NCBI GenBank assembly: GCA_002269645.1
Contig: NIVC01003940.1
Coordinates: 1 to 64,000, forward strand
DNA: 64,000 bases
Reading direction: 5' to 3'
From: Macrostomum lignano
Lineage: Eukaryota
Part shown: piece by piece, positions 36,721-48,839 of the stretch
Layout of the letters: the number at the start of each line of letters is the position of its first letter
Numbering within the stretch: the stretch's first letter is position 1
Made by a program: the position numbers and the translations under genes
The notes under the pieces: generated by a model
The model's database searches: none
What the model saw: the letters and a program-made list of their open reading frames with translations, nothing else
What the model was told of the DNA's origin: nothing

Positions 36721-37841
36721 TACATGTCAGACTGGGCCAGGCTTTAAATTGCCACCAAAAACGTTTGATGCTACGCCTCGGCCAGAGAAACTGCGCAGCC
36801 GTAGAAACGTTTTTGGGGTGGGGCATCATCTTATCCTTAAGCGCCCGGGTGTATCTTCGCCAGTCAATTCAGTTTACTGATTGATTTTATATTCAATAAT
36901 ATTAAGCAAAGTTGATCCTTAACCGCCAGCAGTCTGATGGTAAGCAGTTGTCACGTTATTTGATGTTGGCTGTGACCCTTAAAAGGGCCGTTTTAGTCCC
37001 AAAATAAGTTGAAGTCAACTTAGGCGAAGTGGATGGTGTAGCGGAGCACTTGGCAATAAGGGCAGGAAACTGCCGTAGTCGTTTTTATTATCAATATAAA
37101 TAGTAAGTTTGGTTGTTACTGGCAAATAACAAACTATGGCTTTCTGGGCACTGGCGGCTGCAACAATGGTTTCTTTTTGAAGATAAATTGGATATGAGTT
37201 CAAGCGACAGACGAGTGATGTAATGGCGACGTAACGTGATGAGCAATGGCAATGAGCACAGTGAAGGCAGTGAGACGTAGTAGGCAGGCAGATGAGCAGT
37301 GGCGAGGTTGGCGTCAACCGTGGCGTGAGGTAAGGAGGCTCGAGGCAGCCAGACAGAGAGAAGGAAAACAAGGCTAGACAAGGCTAGGCAAGCCAGACGG
37401 GACGGAGGACAAGCCTAGGGAGAGAGAACACAGAGCACCAGTGAAGCCCCCAGCCCGCCAGGCGAGGGTTAATAAAGAGCGCAAAAGGGGGTAGCGTAAA
37501 CACGGAGAGTTTTCATTGGCTGGCGAGAGAACTTGAAATTATCGATCGTGCCAAAATTATACGGTCGCGAGAGAGGATAGCAAAATATACAGTGAATTAG
37601 AAATTGCCACAAAATCGTTGGGCACTACTACAAGTAAACGTCGCAATAAACAAATGGAAAAGTTTAGTTGAAACGGTGAAACTGAAGGGTTGAAACTATA
37701 GAGAAACAGCAGTCCAACGGCCCTTTTGCGGGACCACTTAAACTAGCAACGTCACACAGTGCTTACCACGCTGACACTCCAATCCAAGCCTAAACTTTCG
37801 CGAGTGAGGAAAGTCTCTATAAGTCTATGGCTGGCCACAGG

Positions 37842-37920
37842 CCGTTCCGGTCGGCTATGGTAAGCAGAGCTTGCCATAGAATTGAAGTTAGGAAAATCAG
37901 ATTGAGCAGCTCTTCAAAAC

Positions 37921-37979
<59 letters not shown>

Positions 37980-40266
37980 TCAGCCATTAGGGGTCATGGA
38001 CAAATATTTATTCAAAAAGGAACTAGCTTTACTTTTATCCTTCCAAATAAAAAATTTGTCATTTGCCTTTTATACCGCAGTTGGTTGAAATCTGCTACAG
38101 ATTATTCACGGTCTGGAAACAACTCGACTGAAGAAAAAAACATACGAAAAATATTTTAACAAAGTAAAACAAAAGTAAGCAGATCATACAGATCGTACAT
38201 TTAGATGCAAAAGTACTCCAAAACGCAAAAAAGAACATTGTGATATGTGTTAGACAACTTTAAACTTTAAATAAACATAATAACTCAGTAAACTTACAAA
38301 CTACATTAAAATATACTGACTTGCATTATATTTTGACTAAGTTCGAGTGAACAGTTGCCTTCAAATAGATTCATTAAGGCAGACTTAGTCCAAATCGCAG
38401 TCGAAGATCAGGCATGCCACTGCTGAAAGCAGGCTTCCAAGCAGAGCCCCGGTTCCCCTGGACACTCAGGGCAGCAGTAGATCGTGCGCTTGCTGCTGTC
38501 AGCTCTGTAGCAGACACGACAGCGCTTTGTTGGTCTTGGCTGACTGTCCCGCGCCACAATCTTCGTTGGAAAGTGCGGACTGACTGGGCCACCTGGAGCG
38601 GCCTGGATGCCAGCGGCCGGGCGCTTCCTGCTCGTTCCGGTACGCTCCACCAGCTCCCGAATGCTGGCCTCAAGAAACTTGGCGAACGTCTTCTCTCCAC
38701 CGCACCGGCTGTACACAATCCAAGCGTTGCGAATCATTTGAAGAAAAAGATGCAAGCCGAGCTTCAAAAACCACTTTGTAGTTTTCCTCCCTGGCAGATG
38801 AGGCTGTAGATGACAGTCCATTCTGTCAACACCACCCATGCACCGATTGTAGGTGAGAACTGACCTGCTCTTCTGCACCACTGTTTCTGCTCCTCCACGA
38901 ACCACGCGTCTGGTTTGAACCCTCTCAGCCGCCTCTTTCGTGTCCAGCAAATATAGAGTCTTCAGGCCACTCTCCTTACGTTCAACGATCTTGACAGCCA
39001 GCACCCCGTCTTTGCGCATGAAGGCGACGTCGTTAGGTGGAACGTGCAGCTGTCTGAGCTCAATCGGCACACCTCGGTCGGCCCGGACGGTACAAGTCAG
39101 GTGCGTTCCTTGAGTCAGCAGGTACTCTGACAGCCGATAGGAACCGAACCATTAATCGACAAAGATGCGGTAGCCTTGGTGCAACAAGTTGTAGCAGAGC
39201 TCAACAACAATCTTCTCGCTGAAGGACAGATTGTCTCCCTGCAACTGTTCATCGAACCGGCGGTTCTCCTCTGGGGTCGAGTGAACGCGGAAGTTGTACA
39301 GGTAGCCTGATTTGGCCTCACATGCACAATATAGCTTTATTCCGTACTTAGCCCGCTTCGTTGGAATATATTGCTTAAAGCGCAGGCGACCTTTGTACAG
39401 CACCAAAGACTCATCCACGCTCACATCCTCCTCGGGCCTGTACACATTAATACAAGCCTCTTTCAAAGCCTGCAGCAACGGACGGATCTTAAAGAGAGGA
39501 TCGTTGACAATCGGATACTCAGCGCAATCGTAGAAACGGAGCAGACCAAGTAGCTGCTTGAAGCGGTCCCTAGAGAGAGCTTGAGGTGCTTGAAAGTACG
39601 GCGTACTGTAGTAACTGCCTGTGCTCCAGTACTCGTTCATTTTGGCCTTTTTATTGGAACCCATGTAAAGGCACATTCCTAACACTTTCTTTACTTCATT
39701 CGCACTGCAATCTCTCCATTGCGCAAAACTCCGAGGCAGGTCGTCGACATTGACAGAGTGGATCGCCGCCCAGGCTCTTCGATTAGTCCATTTTGCCAGT
39801 TCTTCGAAAAAGCTATTGGACAAAAAAAAACCGAGAAAAAAGGACGTTGCCTGCTCAACATCACCAGGTACGCAAATTCCTGGATTCAGTCCAGGTGTCC
39901 CTAGAAACTCGTGCACATTCGCTTGCACGTCATGCCCAGCAACTACAGAATGCCAAGACAGCTCTTCCGTCTCTTCGGCAGTGCTCTGGCCGTCCGACTC
40001 ACCATAATCGTCCTCTGACATGATGTCTTCTTCTTCATCGGACGTCATTAAGTCCGAATCGGAAAAACTTTAAAATTTTTCCATGAGTGCAGCCATAATC
40101 TTCAGCTGTAAAATTTTCTATGTTAGTTTGTGGAGACTTAGTTTTGGGCCTTATTCATAACTAGTCAATGTCTTTTTATCAGACTGGAATGACCACAGAC
40201 TTAGCAAACCATTCTGCTGAAAGGAATAGTCTATGGTAAGCGCTGCTTACCATCCGACCGGAACGG
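37842..40266 (-). mobile_element. piggyBac-superfamily element bounded by ~38-bp imperfect inverted repeats
   Basis: CCGTTCCGGTCGGCTATGGTAAGCAGAGCTTGCCATAGA (37842-37880) is the inverse of TCTATGGTAAGCGCTGCTTACCATCCGACCGGAACGG (40230-40266). The pair encloses the transposase; no TTAA next to either repeat. Confidence 0.65.
38408..40048 (-). pseudogene. piggyBac (PGBD4-like) DDD transposase with one in-frame stop
   Basis: SVDESLVLYKGR..YIPTKRAKYGIK, IFVD*WF (TAA at 39154-39152 where DNWF is expected), YNRCMGGVDRMD, C-terminal CRVC..CPEC..CLEACF. The two track ORFs are in the same frame. Confidence 0.9.
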
Positions 40267-40640
40267 AGATGAATAAAATCCTCTTCAGTTCGCGAATTTT
40301 TAGGCTTAAATTTATTCAATTATACAGGCGAAGATTTTACTTCTGCAGCTTCCACAGCCAAAATTTGCCAGTTCACCTGCCCTGTAATTCAGTTTCCGTC
40401 GACTTTCAATGGCTGCGATTTGTGCCACCGAAACTGCAACTGAAATAATGCTAAGAAATCAAACCTTACTATTTAGCACTTAAAGTTTTATGCAGAGCAC
40501 AATGGAGAGCAACCTATCGAAGTTAAAAAGCATTAGAGAGCCATGGAGTACACTGCAATAAAAATGACATCGAAAATGATCAAAAAAGAGCGCTGCGTCA
40601 CTGAACAAAGCAAAGATCAAGTCCTCGGTCGAATAAAATC

Positions 40641-40990
40641 TCACCAGAGCAAAAGCAGCAACTGGGGACACAAAAATGGAGTCTTCAAGTCTTCTTTAGG
40701 CCTCCGATCCCACAGCCAGATTCTACTCGCGACGCTCCTCCTCCTTGCCTGCTTCTTCTTTCTTCGATCTCTTCTTCCTTCTGGCTGCGAGGTTGTTTGG
40801 CAGGTTGCTCCAAGTCGGTCTCGACACTGATTAACAACATTTTCTCCTGCTCCTGCACCAGGACGTCCTGTCAGTCGCATTCCCTCTTTTTGTGCTCTCA
40901 TATTGATGTCGGCCAGTCGCTTCTTGTAGTCGTCCAGCTGCTGCTGCTGCTGTGCTACGACTTCAGCGAGCGATGCCCTCAACCTGAACA
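40641..40990 (-). other. Possible orphan coding exon (coiled coil QQQQQLDDYKKRLADINMRAQ)
   Basis: Acceptor-like atgttcag| followed by an open coiled-coil-like frame; no family recognised and no partner exons found. Confidence 0.25.
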
Positions 40991-41497
40991 TTATCGACAA
41001 ATAAGGGACAAATAATGCACAAATAATTCATTACCCACAAAAAATGCGCGATTTCGTCTCACTGTAAAAATGCAATATTCCTGCTACTTGCAAATTTTGC
41101 TCGCTCAAACTGAGAGTCCATCTGTGGCAATCTGAATTAGAAATTTTTCTCTTTCATCAATTTTCGGAAAAAAAGTTTTGTCAAACAAAAAATGCAATTT
41201 GGAAAACCATTTACAACCTGAAATCAAAGTTGACATAGTTGACAAAGTTAGCGGTTATAAGTAATTAATGATCGGTCATTAGAAGTCTTGGTAGGTAAAA
41301 AGGCAAAGAAAAGTTCTAATCTTTAGAATGCCAGTTATATTTAATAGCAAAGAGCTCTATGTATGTTTAAAAATGGGACCGACTAAACTTTTTCTATCAG
41401 AAAGTACAGCTCCTGCCTCGTAACCAAGAACTCTGAAGTTATTGAAGACTTGTAGGAACTTCTTAAAATCATTTGCAGAAGTTATTCCTCCAACCAG

Positions 41498-44400
41498 TTA
41501 ATTAGTCAGCTTGTCAATGAGCTGCCGCAGCACGATGTTGCGCGTCCTGCCGCTCGAAGCTCGCACCTTGACGCCCTCTGCAATCTGCGCATGACTCAGA
41601 GCCACGTAGAGCTGGCCATGTTGATAGCAGGCCATCGCCAGGCCAACGGCGTAGGTGCTCAGCGTCTGGCCTTTGCTATGGTGGATGGTCATGGCGAAAC
41701 ACAATCGGATCGGTAACTGCAGGCGGCGGAAGGTGAAGGGCAGCTCGGTTGGACCCGGTTCCTGTTGGATCCGCGGGATGAGAACCTGCCGCCCGTGGTA
41801 GCTGACGCCCGTGGCGACCTCCGAAAGCAGTACGTTGTCCCGCAGTTCGCGAAGCAGCAGCCGGGTCTCGTGGCACATCAGCGGAGGGTCCAGATTCATC
41901 GTCATCATGACCGGCATGCCGACCTTCAGCTCTAGCCGGTGATGTGGCAGGCCGTTGGGGTCCAGCCGGTTCAGCAGCTCCGGTAGGGAAGTTGCTCGCT
42001 GCCCCATCGTCGTGCGGAAATCGAGTCGACCGACAGGTAGACCCGACTCTCACCGGGAAGCAGCGCCAAGCAGGTGACGTTGGCTTCGTCCAGGGTCTTG
42101 TTGAGCGGTCTTGTCTTGCTCCGCGAACATCTGGTTGGTTCAAACGATGGTTAGACGTGCCGGATGAGCTACTAGTTTTGTCCTCAGGCTTGAAAATAGC
42201 TAAATTCAACATTCAGCGTTCAAGCTCAAGTTTTTCGATAGATCTTGGTTAATTCTAAAATAAGGTTGTAGTGTGCGTACGCACGGTATCTTAGCCCAAA
42301 GTGTACGCCCGGGCGGTCTGATTGGCTGCAGAGCGGGGTGGGTGCCGCCACCCCAAAAATTCTAGCTCTAAATATATAGATGTGTGCCCAGTGCGGCGAG
42401 AGTGTAAGAGTTTCGGCTACACCGCAAACACGGCCTCTGTCTCAGTTACTACAAAGGTTAAAGGAAATTCACCTGATCTGGCTCAACACGTGGCTCAGGC
42501 AGTCCGTAGGCAAGCAGCTCAGTTCCTCCCATGGTGTCCAGCAGTGTCTGCAGCTCTCGCTAAACCTCCAACTCGGCAGCCTCTGGGCTATAGCCTTAGT
42601 CTAGCAGATCAACTCGCCGGAGAACTTCTGCCACAGCTTTGCAGGGTCGCTGGGGCCGCCTGCATGGCGACACAAAATGGCAGCGAAAAGGCGGCACAGA
42701 GCCGCTGGCAATCGCGTCTCCGTGGCTTCGCACAGGCAAAGTCACCATGGTGCCTGTCGTCTTCCAGCAGTCCACGAGTCTGGCAGGCGGCGGCAGTCCT
42801 CTGAAGGTCGGCAGCAGGACGCCATCAACGGTGCGCAACGCCTCGAATGACGTCGGGCCTCGAACATTCACCAGCAGCAGGCGCAGGCAGAAACTGTCTC
42901 CCGTCCGAGGGCTAACTGTGTAGACGCGGCCGTTGTTGCCAGTCGTCAGCACGCCAGCTGGCTGATCGGCAGTCTCTCGGCTGTGCCTCGCGCGATGCCA
43001 CTGGTGCGCCCTGTTGTCTCAGGTGAAGTTCCGGGGTACCTCCTGGTACAGCAGGTCTCGCGCAACTGCATCCTGGTCGTCCTTCAGGCTGATGAAGGGC
43101 CAGCCTGATGACAGCCGGATACCGACTGTTCATGTGCACTTAAAAGCCCAAGATGGTGCTGACCACCTCCATGGGACTAAAGTACCCGCCCAGAAGGTGC
43201 TGCCTGACTTGCGCTTCGCTGGCGCCGCCTTGGTCTGAGCTGACTGATGGGGCTGCTGATCGCCACTTTCCTGAAGAGCCGCCGCGTCGCTAGCCGTAGT
43301 AGCATGGCTGTCGGCCTTCGCATCAGCAGCAGCAGCTAGCTCCTTCCGGACTTGGAATGTCGCTGCCCTTAAATATAAGGGTACCGACGTAGTTTAATGC
43401 CTTGACTGTCGCGCAGATCTAGACGTTCAGGTGAGACCTAAACTCGTGCAGAAGCACAGGGCAGTAAGCACCACCTAGCGCGGTTGTCAAAGGTGAAATT
43501 TGCCTTCTGACCGCCGCGCAGCTTTGCGACCTTGGCCACCGAGAAGCCGCTTATCTAAGTTAATATGCGATGATAGTGCGGGTAGCCGTCCTCTTGAATC
43601 ATGGTGACCGCCTAGAACTCTCTCGGATAGCGCTTGCTACATGCGCCATTCTCCATGCACTACGCGTCTGGATTCAGCTGCATTACACAGGGACCATGTG
43701 TTGTATTTTCTGCTTCCGTCCGTGCGGACCGCAGACGGGTGATCAGGGGTTTGGGTACTGGACTGCCCAGAGCTTGCCGGCTGGGATAGGCGAGAGAGTG
43801 GCGACCCCCGAGGCGTACGGACACTTCGAGGTGGAGGTGGAGAGGCTGGGAGCGTACAGACACTCGGCCAGCCCCACGGAGAGAGGGAGACGCAGATGAG
43901 GAGGCTGTGAGCAGGTAGCCACTCAGCAGCAACAGCAGAGGTGAGCACGGGTCTGGAGGCGTACAGACACTTCGCAGACCCGAAGGAAGACGGTGGCGAG
44001 AGAGGTGAATAATGAAGGCGGGACAAATTAACGAAAGCGAACGCTGTCTTACCGGGCGGGGTCACTTGTCGCGCTCATGCAGGCGTGGCCTCTAATATCT
44101 CAGCCTCAGTTGACTGTATTTCAATTTCAAGCTTCACTTTCACTCAAACACGTGTAGAGCTAGAGTTGTAGAGAGAGAGAGCAGGGAGGGCGAGAGCCGG
44201 GCGAGGGCCGCGCGCGCACATAAATACTGGGTGAGCACTGAGCAGGGGACTGGGGAGGGCTTAGCCACGCAGGGCTGGGGGGTGGGGGCAAAACTCACAG
44301 AGTTGAAGGGCGAGAGGGAAGGCTAGCCAATCAGGTGCCTCCACGGCGAGACACATGATTGGACTAGCCCACGCGAGAGAGAGAGATGAAAATACGCCAG

Positions 44401-45291
44401 CCAATGAAAATGTGGGCTGATGAAAGTGAGAACAAAAAACGAATAGCAGCTTTAGACGGAGGGGGCAAACCAGAAAAAACCAGTGGCAGGGAGAGGAGGG
44501 GCGGAGAGCGCAGAGGTCGGGGCAAGGGCATTGCGAGGCGCAGCTCACAACACCGACCAGCTTGTGCGTCGGCAACGGGATCCGGGAGTTCTGCACTGAT
44601 GATGGCGACATACTGACCCGGCTTCAGCTTAACAGTCAACCAAAGCAGTGCGTGCACGTGGGGAAGACCTACTTGGAGTGGGATTGGAAAATGAAAGTTT
44701 CGATCTAACCAGATGATCAGCAAATACATATATAATGATTCTGTTCCTATGAATAACTTTTTAAACCATTTTATTAGTACATAATAAAGTAGGCAATCAA
44801 TAATGGCATGATAGTAGTTACTTCGCTTCTGGCACTCGAGAGCGCAGACTCGAGCCAGCGTGTCGCCAAACAGAATCTTCAGCCTGTCGAGGAAGGTCTT
44901 CTTTGGCTCGAACACCCAGTCGGTGATACCCGGCCGGCTGATCCACGGCAGTTTGGCCAGCAGCAGCTCAGAAAGGATCTCAGGCCATTTCGGGTTACAC
45001 TTCATTGTCAGGAACAGGTCTGGGCGGCCGAAGGCGTGCACATACGCCATGGCATCCTGCTGACGTTCTAGACGGTACCGAGGGTCACCGACGTTAGCTA
45101 GACGTCAGGATGACCTGGTTCCCGATGTCGATCCCCCTGGGGTCGATCTCGCTCGGGTGTCCGTCATTCGCGTGGAGGGTGTCTCGCAATTTGTGCAAGC
45201 GCTTTGACAGAAGTTCCTTCCGGTGCAGCCAGATGTAGTTAAGCCTCTCCAACTCAATCTTGGCAGTAATCCTGAGCACATCAAGCGCCAA
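41498..45291 (-). mobile_element. Decayed Helitron RepHel (HUH Rep + Pif1 helicase C-terminus), interrupted and missing the helicase core
   Basis: AKIELERLNYI..GNQVIL, GRPDLFLTMKCNPKWPEI, ECQKR|xLPHVHALLWL, RYPAVIRLALH, LRLLLVNVRGPTSFEALRTVDG, LPHHRLELKVGMPVM, FRRLQLPIRLCFAMTIHHSKGQTL, HGQLYVALS. Confidence 0.88.
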
Positions 45292-46684
45292 TACTGTACG
45301 CAGGCACGCACTCGTACAACGCTCACACAGGACGCTATCTAAAATTTTCAGGACATTTCAATAGAATTCCTTCATACTGTACAGATTTTCCTTGAATAAA
45401 AGTTACTTTTTGAACGTGATATTTGATTTTTGGCTGGCTGGAAAGCAGTTTAAGCACTGTAAGTAAAGTAGCTACGTTGCACGCATACAGTATACATGTA
45501 TAGCCAACGGGTTTATTCAAGAACGGGGCCCAGTTGACTCTCACGTGTCCGCTGCAAACCAATTCAGTGACCAGGAAAATCTCTGCTTCGTGGCTGTTTT
45601 GGCAATTGATTATTCAATGCAGAGGAAGTTTTGTATGAAGTAATATGAAGGAAATGAAGGAATCTTTCAATTTCTTAATAGCTATTTGATAACGAAAGTC
45701 AGTTTCAATATTTGCATCCAATCTTCTTCAAGCTGTACCAGCGAGTTTCCTATTAAAAGATTGAGTAGCCATACATGTATATCCCTATTTTCCTTAAATA
45801 GATACAACACTCTTGGCTTTGACGAATCTGAGCAAAAAATTCGTTTCATTTTCACTTCAGTCAGTGTCCTAGTGTTGCTACTATGCATAGTAGCTATAGT
45901 GTGCTTTGTATTGGTTTAGTTTGTTCCGTCATTTTAAAATTCCAATTAGGTGAAGAAAATGACAATATTTTTAAAACTTTATTGTAATAGAATCTAAAAA
46001 CAACTAAAAAGAAAAGACAACGAAATAGCAAAACTGTTATATTTGAACATTTTAATTTCGAAGAAGTTGGAAAATTTTGATGATGAAACTTTCATTTTTC
46101 TTAGCTTAAAAAATTATACAATTTCAAAGTGACCGTACAGTAATGTAAAACAGCAAACGTACGCTTAAGCTGCTACCTTGTAAATTTGTTTATTAAAAGT
46201 TAGAAATTGATATCAGACAGTTAATCGAGTACATAAATATTTAAAGATAAAAAGTTTCATTTAGAAAGGTTAAGAACGTAATTTTTTCAAACGGAAAGGT
46301 TAGCTGGTTTAAGATATTTAATTTTCTGATGAAGTGGAGTCAAAAATAGGAATGGGTCCATATAACTACAGCCACAAGCAAAAGTATATCATGGAATGCG
46401 GAACTCAATCCAAAAAAAATCCAAGAAAAAATAGCTGCTACAAAGAAGTAAAATTTATCCCAGGGACAACTGCAGAGGAACTGCACTCGATTTTCTTAGA
46501 AATGAGCTGAATGCCGACAAGGAATGCACATTTTTAGTACCGCCACAAAGTGACTTTAGTACATCTACTCGAACCGGTGTGCTTCTCAAGAAGAGTTAAT
46601 TATGTCGACCCAGCTTGTCTATGGTGAAGCCCTTTTGAGCACTATGCTTTCTCTAAAGTAATAAAAGAATTATTTAAAACACCT

Positions 46685-46971
46685 GCCCTAATGGTCAAAT
46701 GTGCAACTGAGAGACAGCTCAGCCGCAGCTATTGCGCGGCGCATCTGATGGCTGCGTACGTCTGTTCAGTCCAAGGACTGGGGGGTCGCCACACACACCC
46801 TCAATTACCCCAGCTAATGCTGGCACCCATTTTACAGCTGGTTGAACTGAAGCAATGCAGAGTTAAGTGTCTTGCTCAAGGACACAATTTGTCCTAAGTG
46901 GATCGAGAATCGAACCCCCGACCTTTTAATCACGAGTCCGACTCTCTGACCACAATAGGCTATACAACTCC
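46685..46971 (-). mobile_element. tRNA-derived SINE with a V/Meta-type central domain
   Basis: Minus strand: A-box TAGCCTATTGTGG, B-box GGTTCGATTCTC, then GTGTCCTTGAGCAAGACACTTAACTC. Confidence 0.75.
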
Positions 46972-47220
46972 CTGTTACCGACCTCCAGCTCATTTCTGAG
47001 ATAATCGGCGCCAAAAAGTGTTTAGCCAATGATAACCACTACAAGTAATGGCCTTGAGCCTGCCAATTTAGTGCTACAATGAGATATTTAACATTCTTCC
47101 AATGCAATATCCCTCGAAAACTATGGGTTTTGATTGGATTTTGGTTCGATGCTTTAGTAGGCTGTTCGATTTCACAATGCTTCCTTATCTTAGAGCAATT
47201 TACTCATTGATATCCAGCGT

Positions 47221-48839
47221 TTAACTCCTTAACTTCTTAGTTGCAGTTGGCACGAGCGACGGCTGCAATGACGACCTTTCCAGCAGGACCGCTGTTGTGC
47301 CCGTTCGATCCCTCGGGGTTCCTGCCCGATGCGTCCACGTAGCTGCCGCCTCCGCCTCCTCCATTGCCGCTGCTGCTTCCAGTTCCGCCGCAACCACCGG
47401 AGTAGCCGCCGCCTCCGCCGCCGCCGCCTTCACTGTCACTACCGTCTGTGCCGCCGCCTCCGCCGCCTCCGCCGTAGCCACCATCGCCGTTGCTGTTTGC
47501 GCCGCCTCCCGCCCAGCTTCCGGTGGCACTCTTTCCTCCATAGCCTCCATCGTCGCCTGTGGGTCCGGAACCTCCAGCAGAGCCCCAACCAGCGCCACTG
47601 CCGCCAGACCTGTCAGTGCCCTTGCTGGGACCTCCCTGTCCGACAGTCGAGCCAGAGCAAGTGCTGCTAGTGCCAGCGTTGCCGTCTTGGGTTTGGGCTG
47701 ATCCCAGAGAATTCCTGTGGTACAAAACAGATCTATTGAAGCTTTTAAGCGTCTAAGAAACTCATAAGCATGTACCCGGTATGCAGGCTCTGATCGATCC
47801 TATACAACTCATGATGACCCATCAATAAGCACGTGTGGACTTGAAACTTATATACATATGTTAGCAATAATATGTAAGAATCGTCTCCTAGAAAGAGTGC
47901 AAAGGTGACAGAGAAAAACATAATTAACAAGTCTTATATATTACTTTAAGAAATAGCTCCCAAATCAGAGAGAAAAATGACAAAGACCAACTGCCAGTAG
48001 TCAATACTGCACTTAGGCCAATATGCGAATGTAGAATTTGAAAAATGTTGCATCATCATGATCGGTTCTTTCTTTAACTCCCTGGTCCCTGATTCATATA
48101 TGCGCCGGCATTTCGACAGATGAAATTCCTCTAGGGAGAGACTATACGCTCGTACTATTCCATAGGTAGAAGAGGATATGATGTACAATATTATTATACA
48201 TGTACAGCCAGTAAGGCATAAATGATGTACTTCGTTTCACTTATGCTTTTATCAGCTTTGACTCCACTAAGAGAGAAAAAGTAGTGGCGTAAATAATTGT
48301 GTGCATATAAATTTTATACAGGCCGATTGCTTGAAAAATATATATTAAGATTTCTCAACGCCTATTGTATAGCATTAATTATACAAACAGAAACATTAAA
48401 AATTCCGCCTACCACTAAAGACGACCATCGGCGTTGCAGTCGTTGAGGTCGTAGTCGAAGTCGTAATCGGAGTCGTAGTGGTCGGAGCCGCAGGTCTCAT
48501 CGAAGTAGTCTCACAATCTGCTCTGGTTCGCAGCACCTGCGTGTTGCAGACCGGCCCGGTGCTGAGCTGCCAGTAAAGCAGCAGGTTGCAGCTGTCTCCG
48601 AGAATGCATGACCGGTTGCTATGCAAGTACTCATAGACTGAGCACAGGGTCGTGTTGCTCGCGCATTCGACAGCGCACACTCGAGCATCGGCGACCCCGA
48701 GCACTGTGCGCTGACCGCTCGCATCAGTCGCAGCATTGTAGCACAGGTCCGGCCTCTTGTCGAAGACAAAAGTCAGTGGAGATGTAAGTGAAACCAGAAC
48801 TGCCAATATAATGGCAATTCTGAGAATACTTGTAGACAT
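47221..48839 (-). pseudogene. Paralog C: signal + PAN + very short Thr stalk (exon 48839-48413); glycine-rich exon lacks its 5' half. Pseudogene or frame-switched variant
   Basis: Exon 1 is homologous to A and B with the same phase-1 donor (AGT G|gtaggc). Homology to the B glycine-rich exon covers only 47237-~47687; the normal acceptor is absent. Confidence 0.65.

Noticed and set aside
37465-37472. AGGGTTAA as a piggyBac terminus
   Set aside because: Oriented as the right end of an element lying to its left, and no matching TTAACCCT partner was found.
46895-46971. tRNA gene
   Set aside because: Has A/B boxes but no complete cloverleaf and runs into a SINE body; classed as a SINE.
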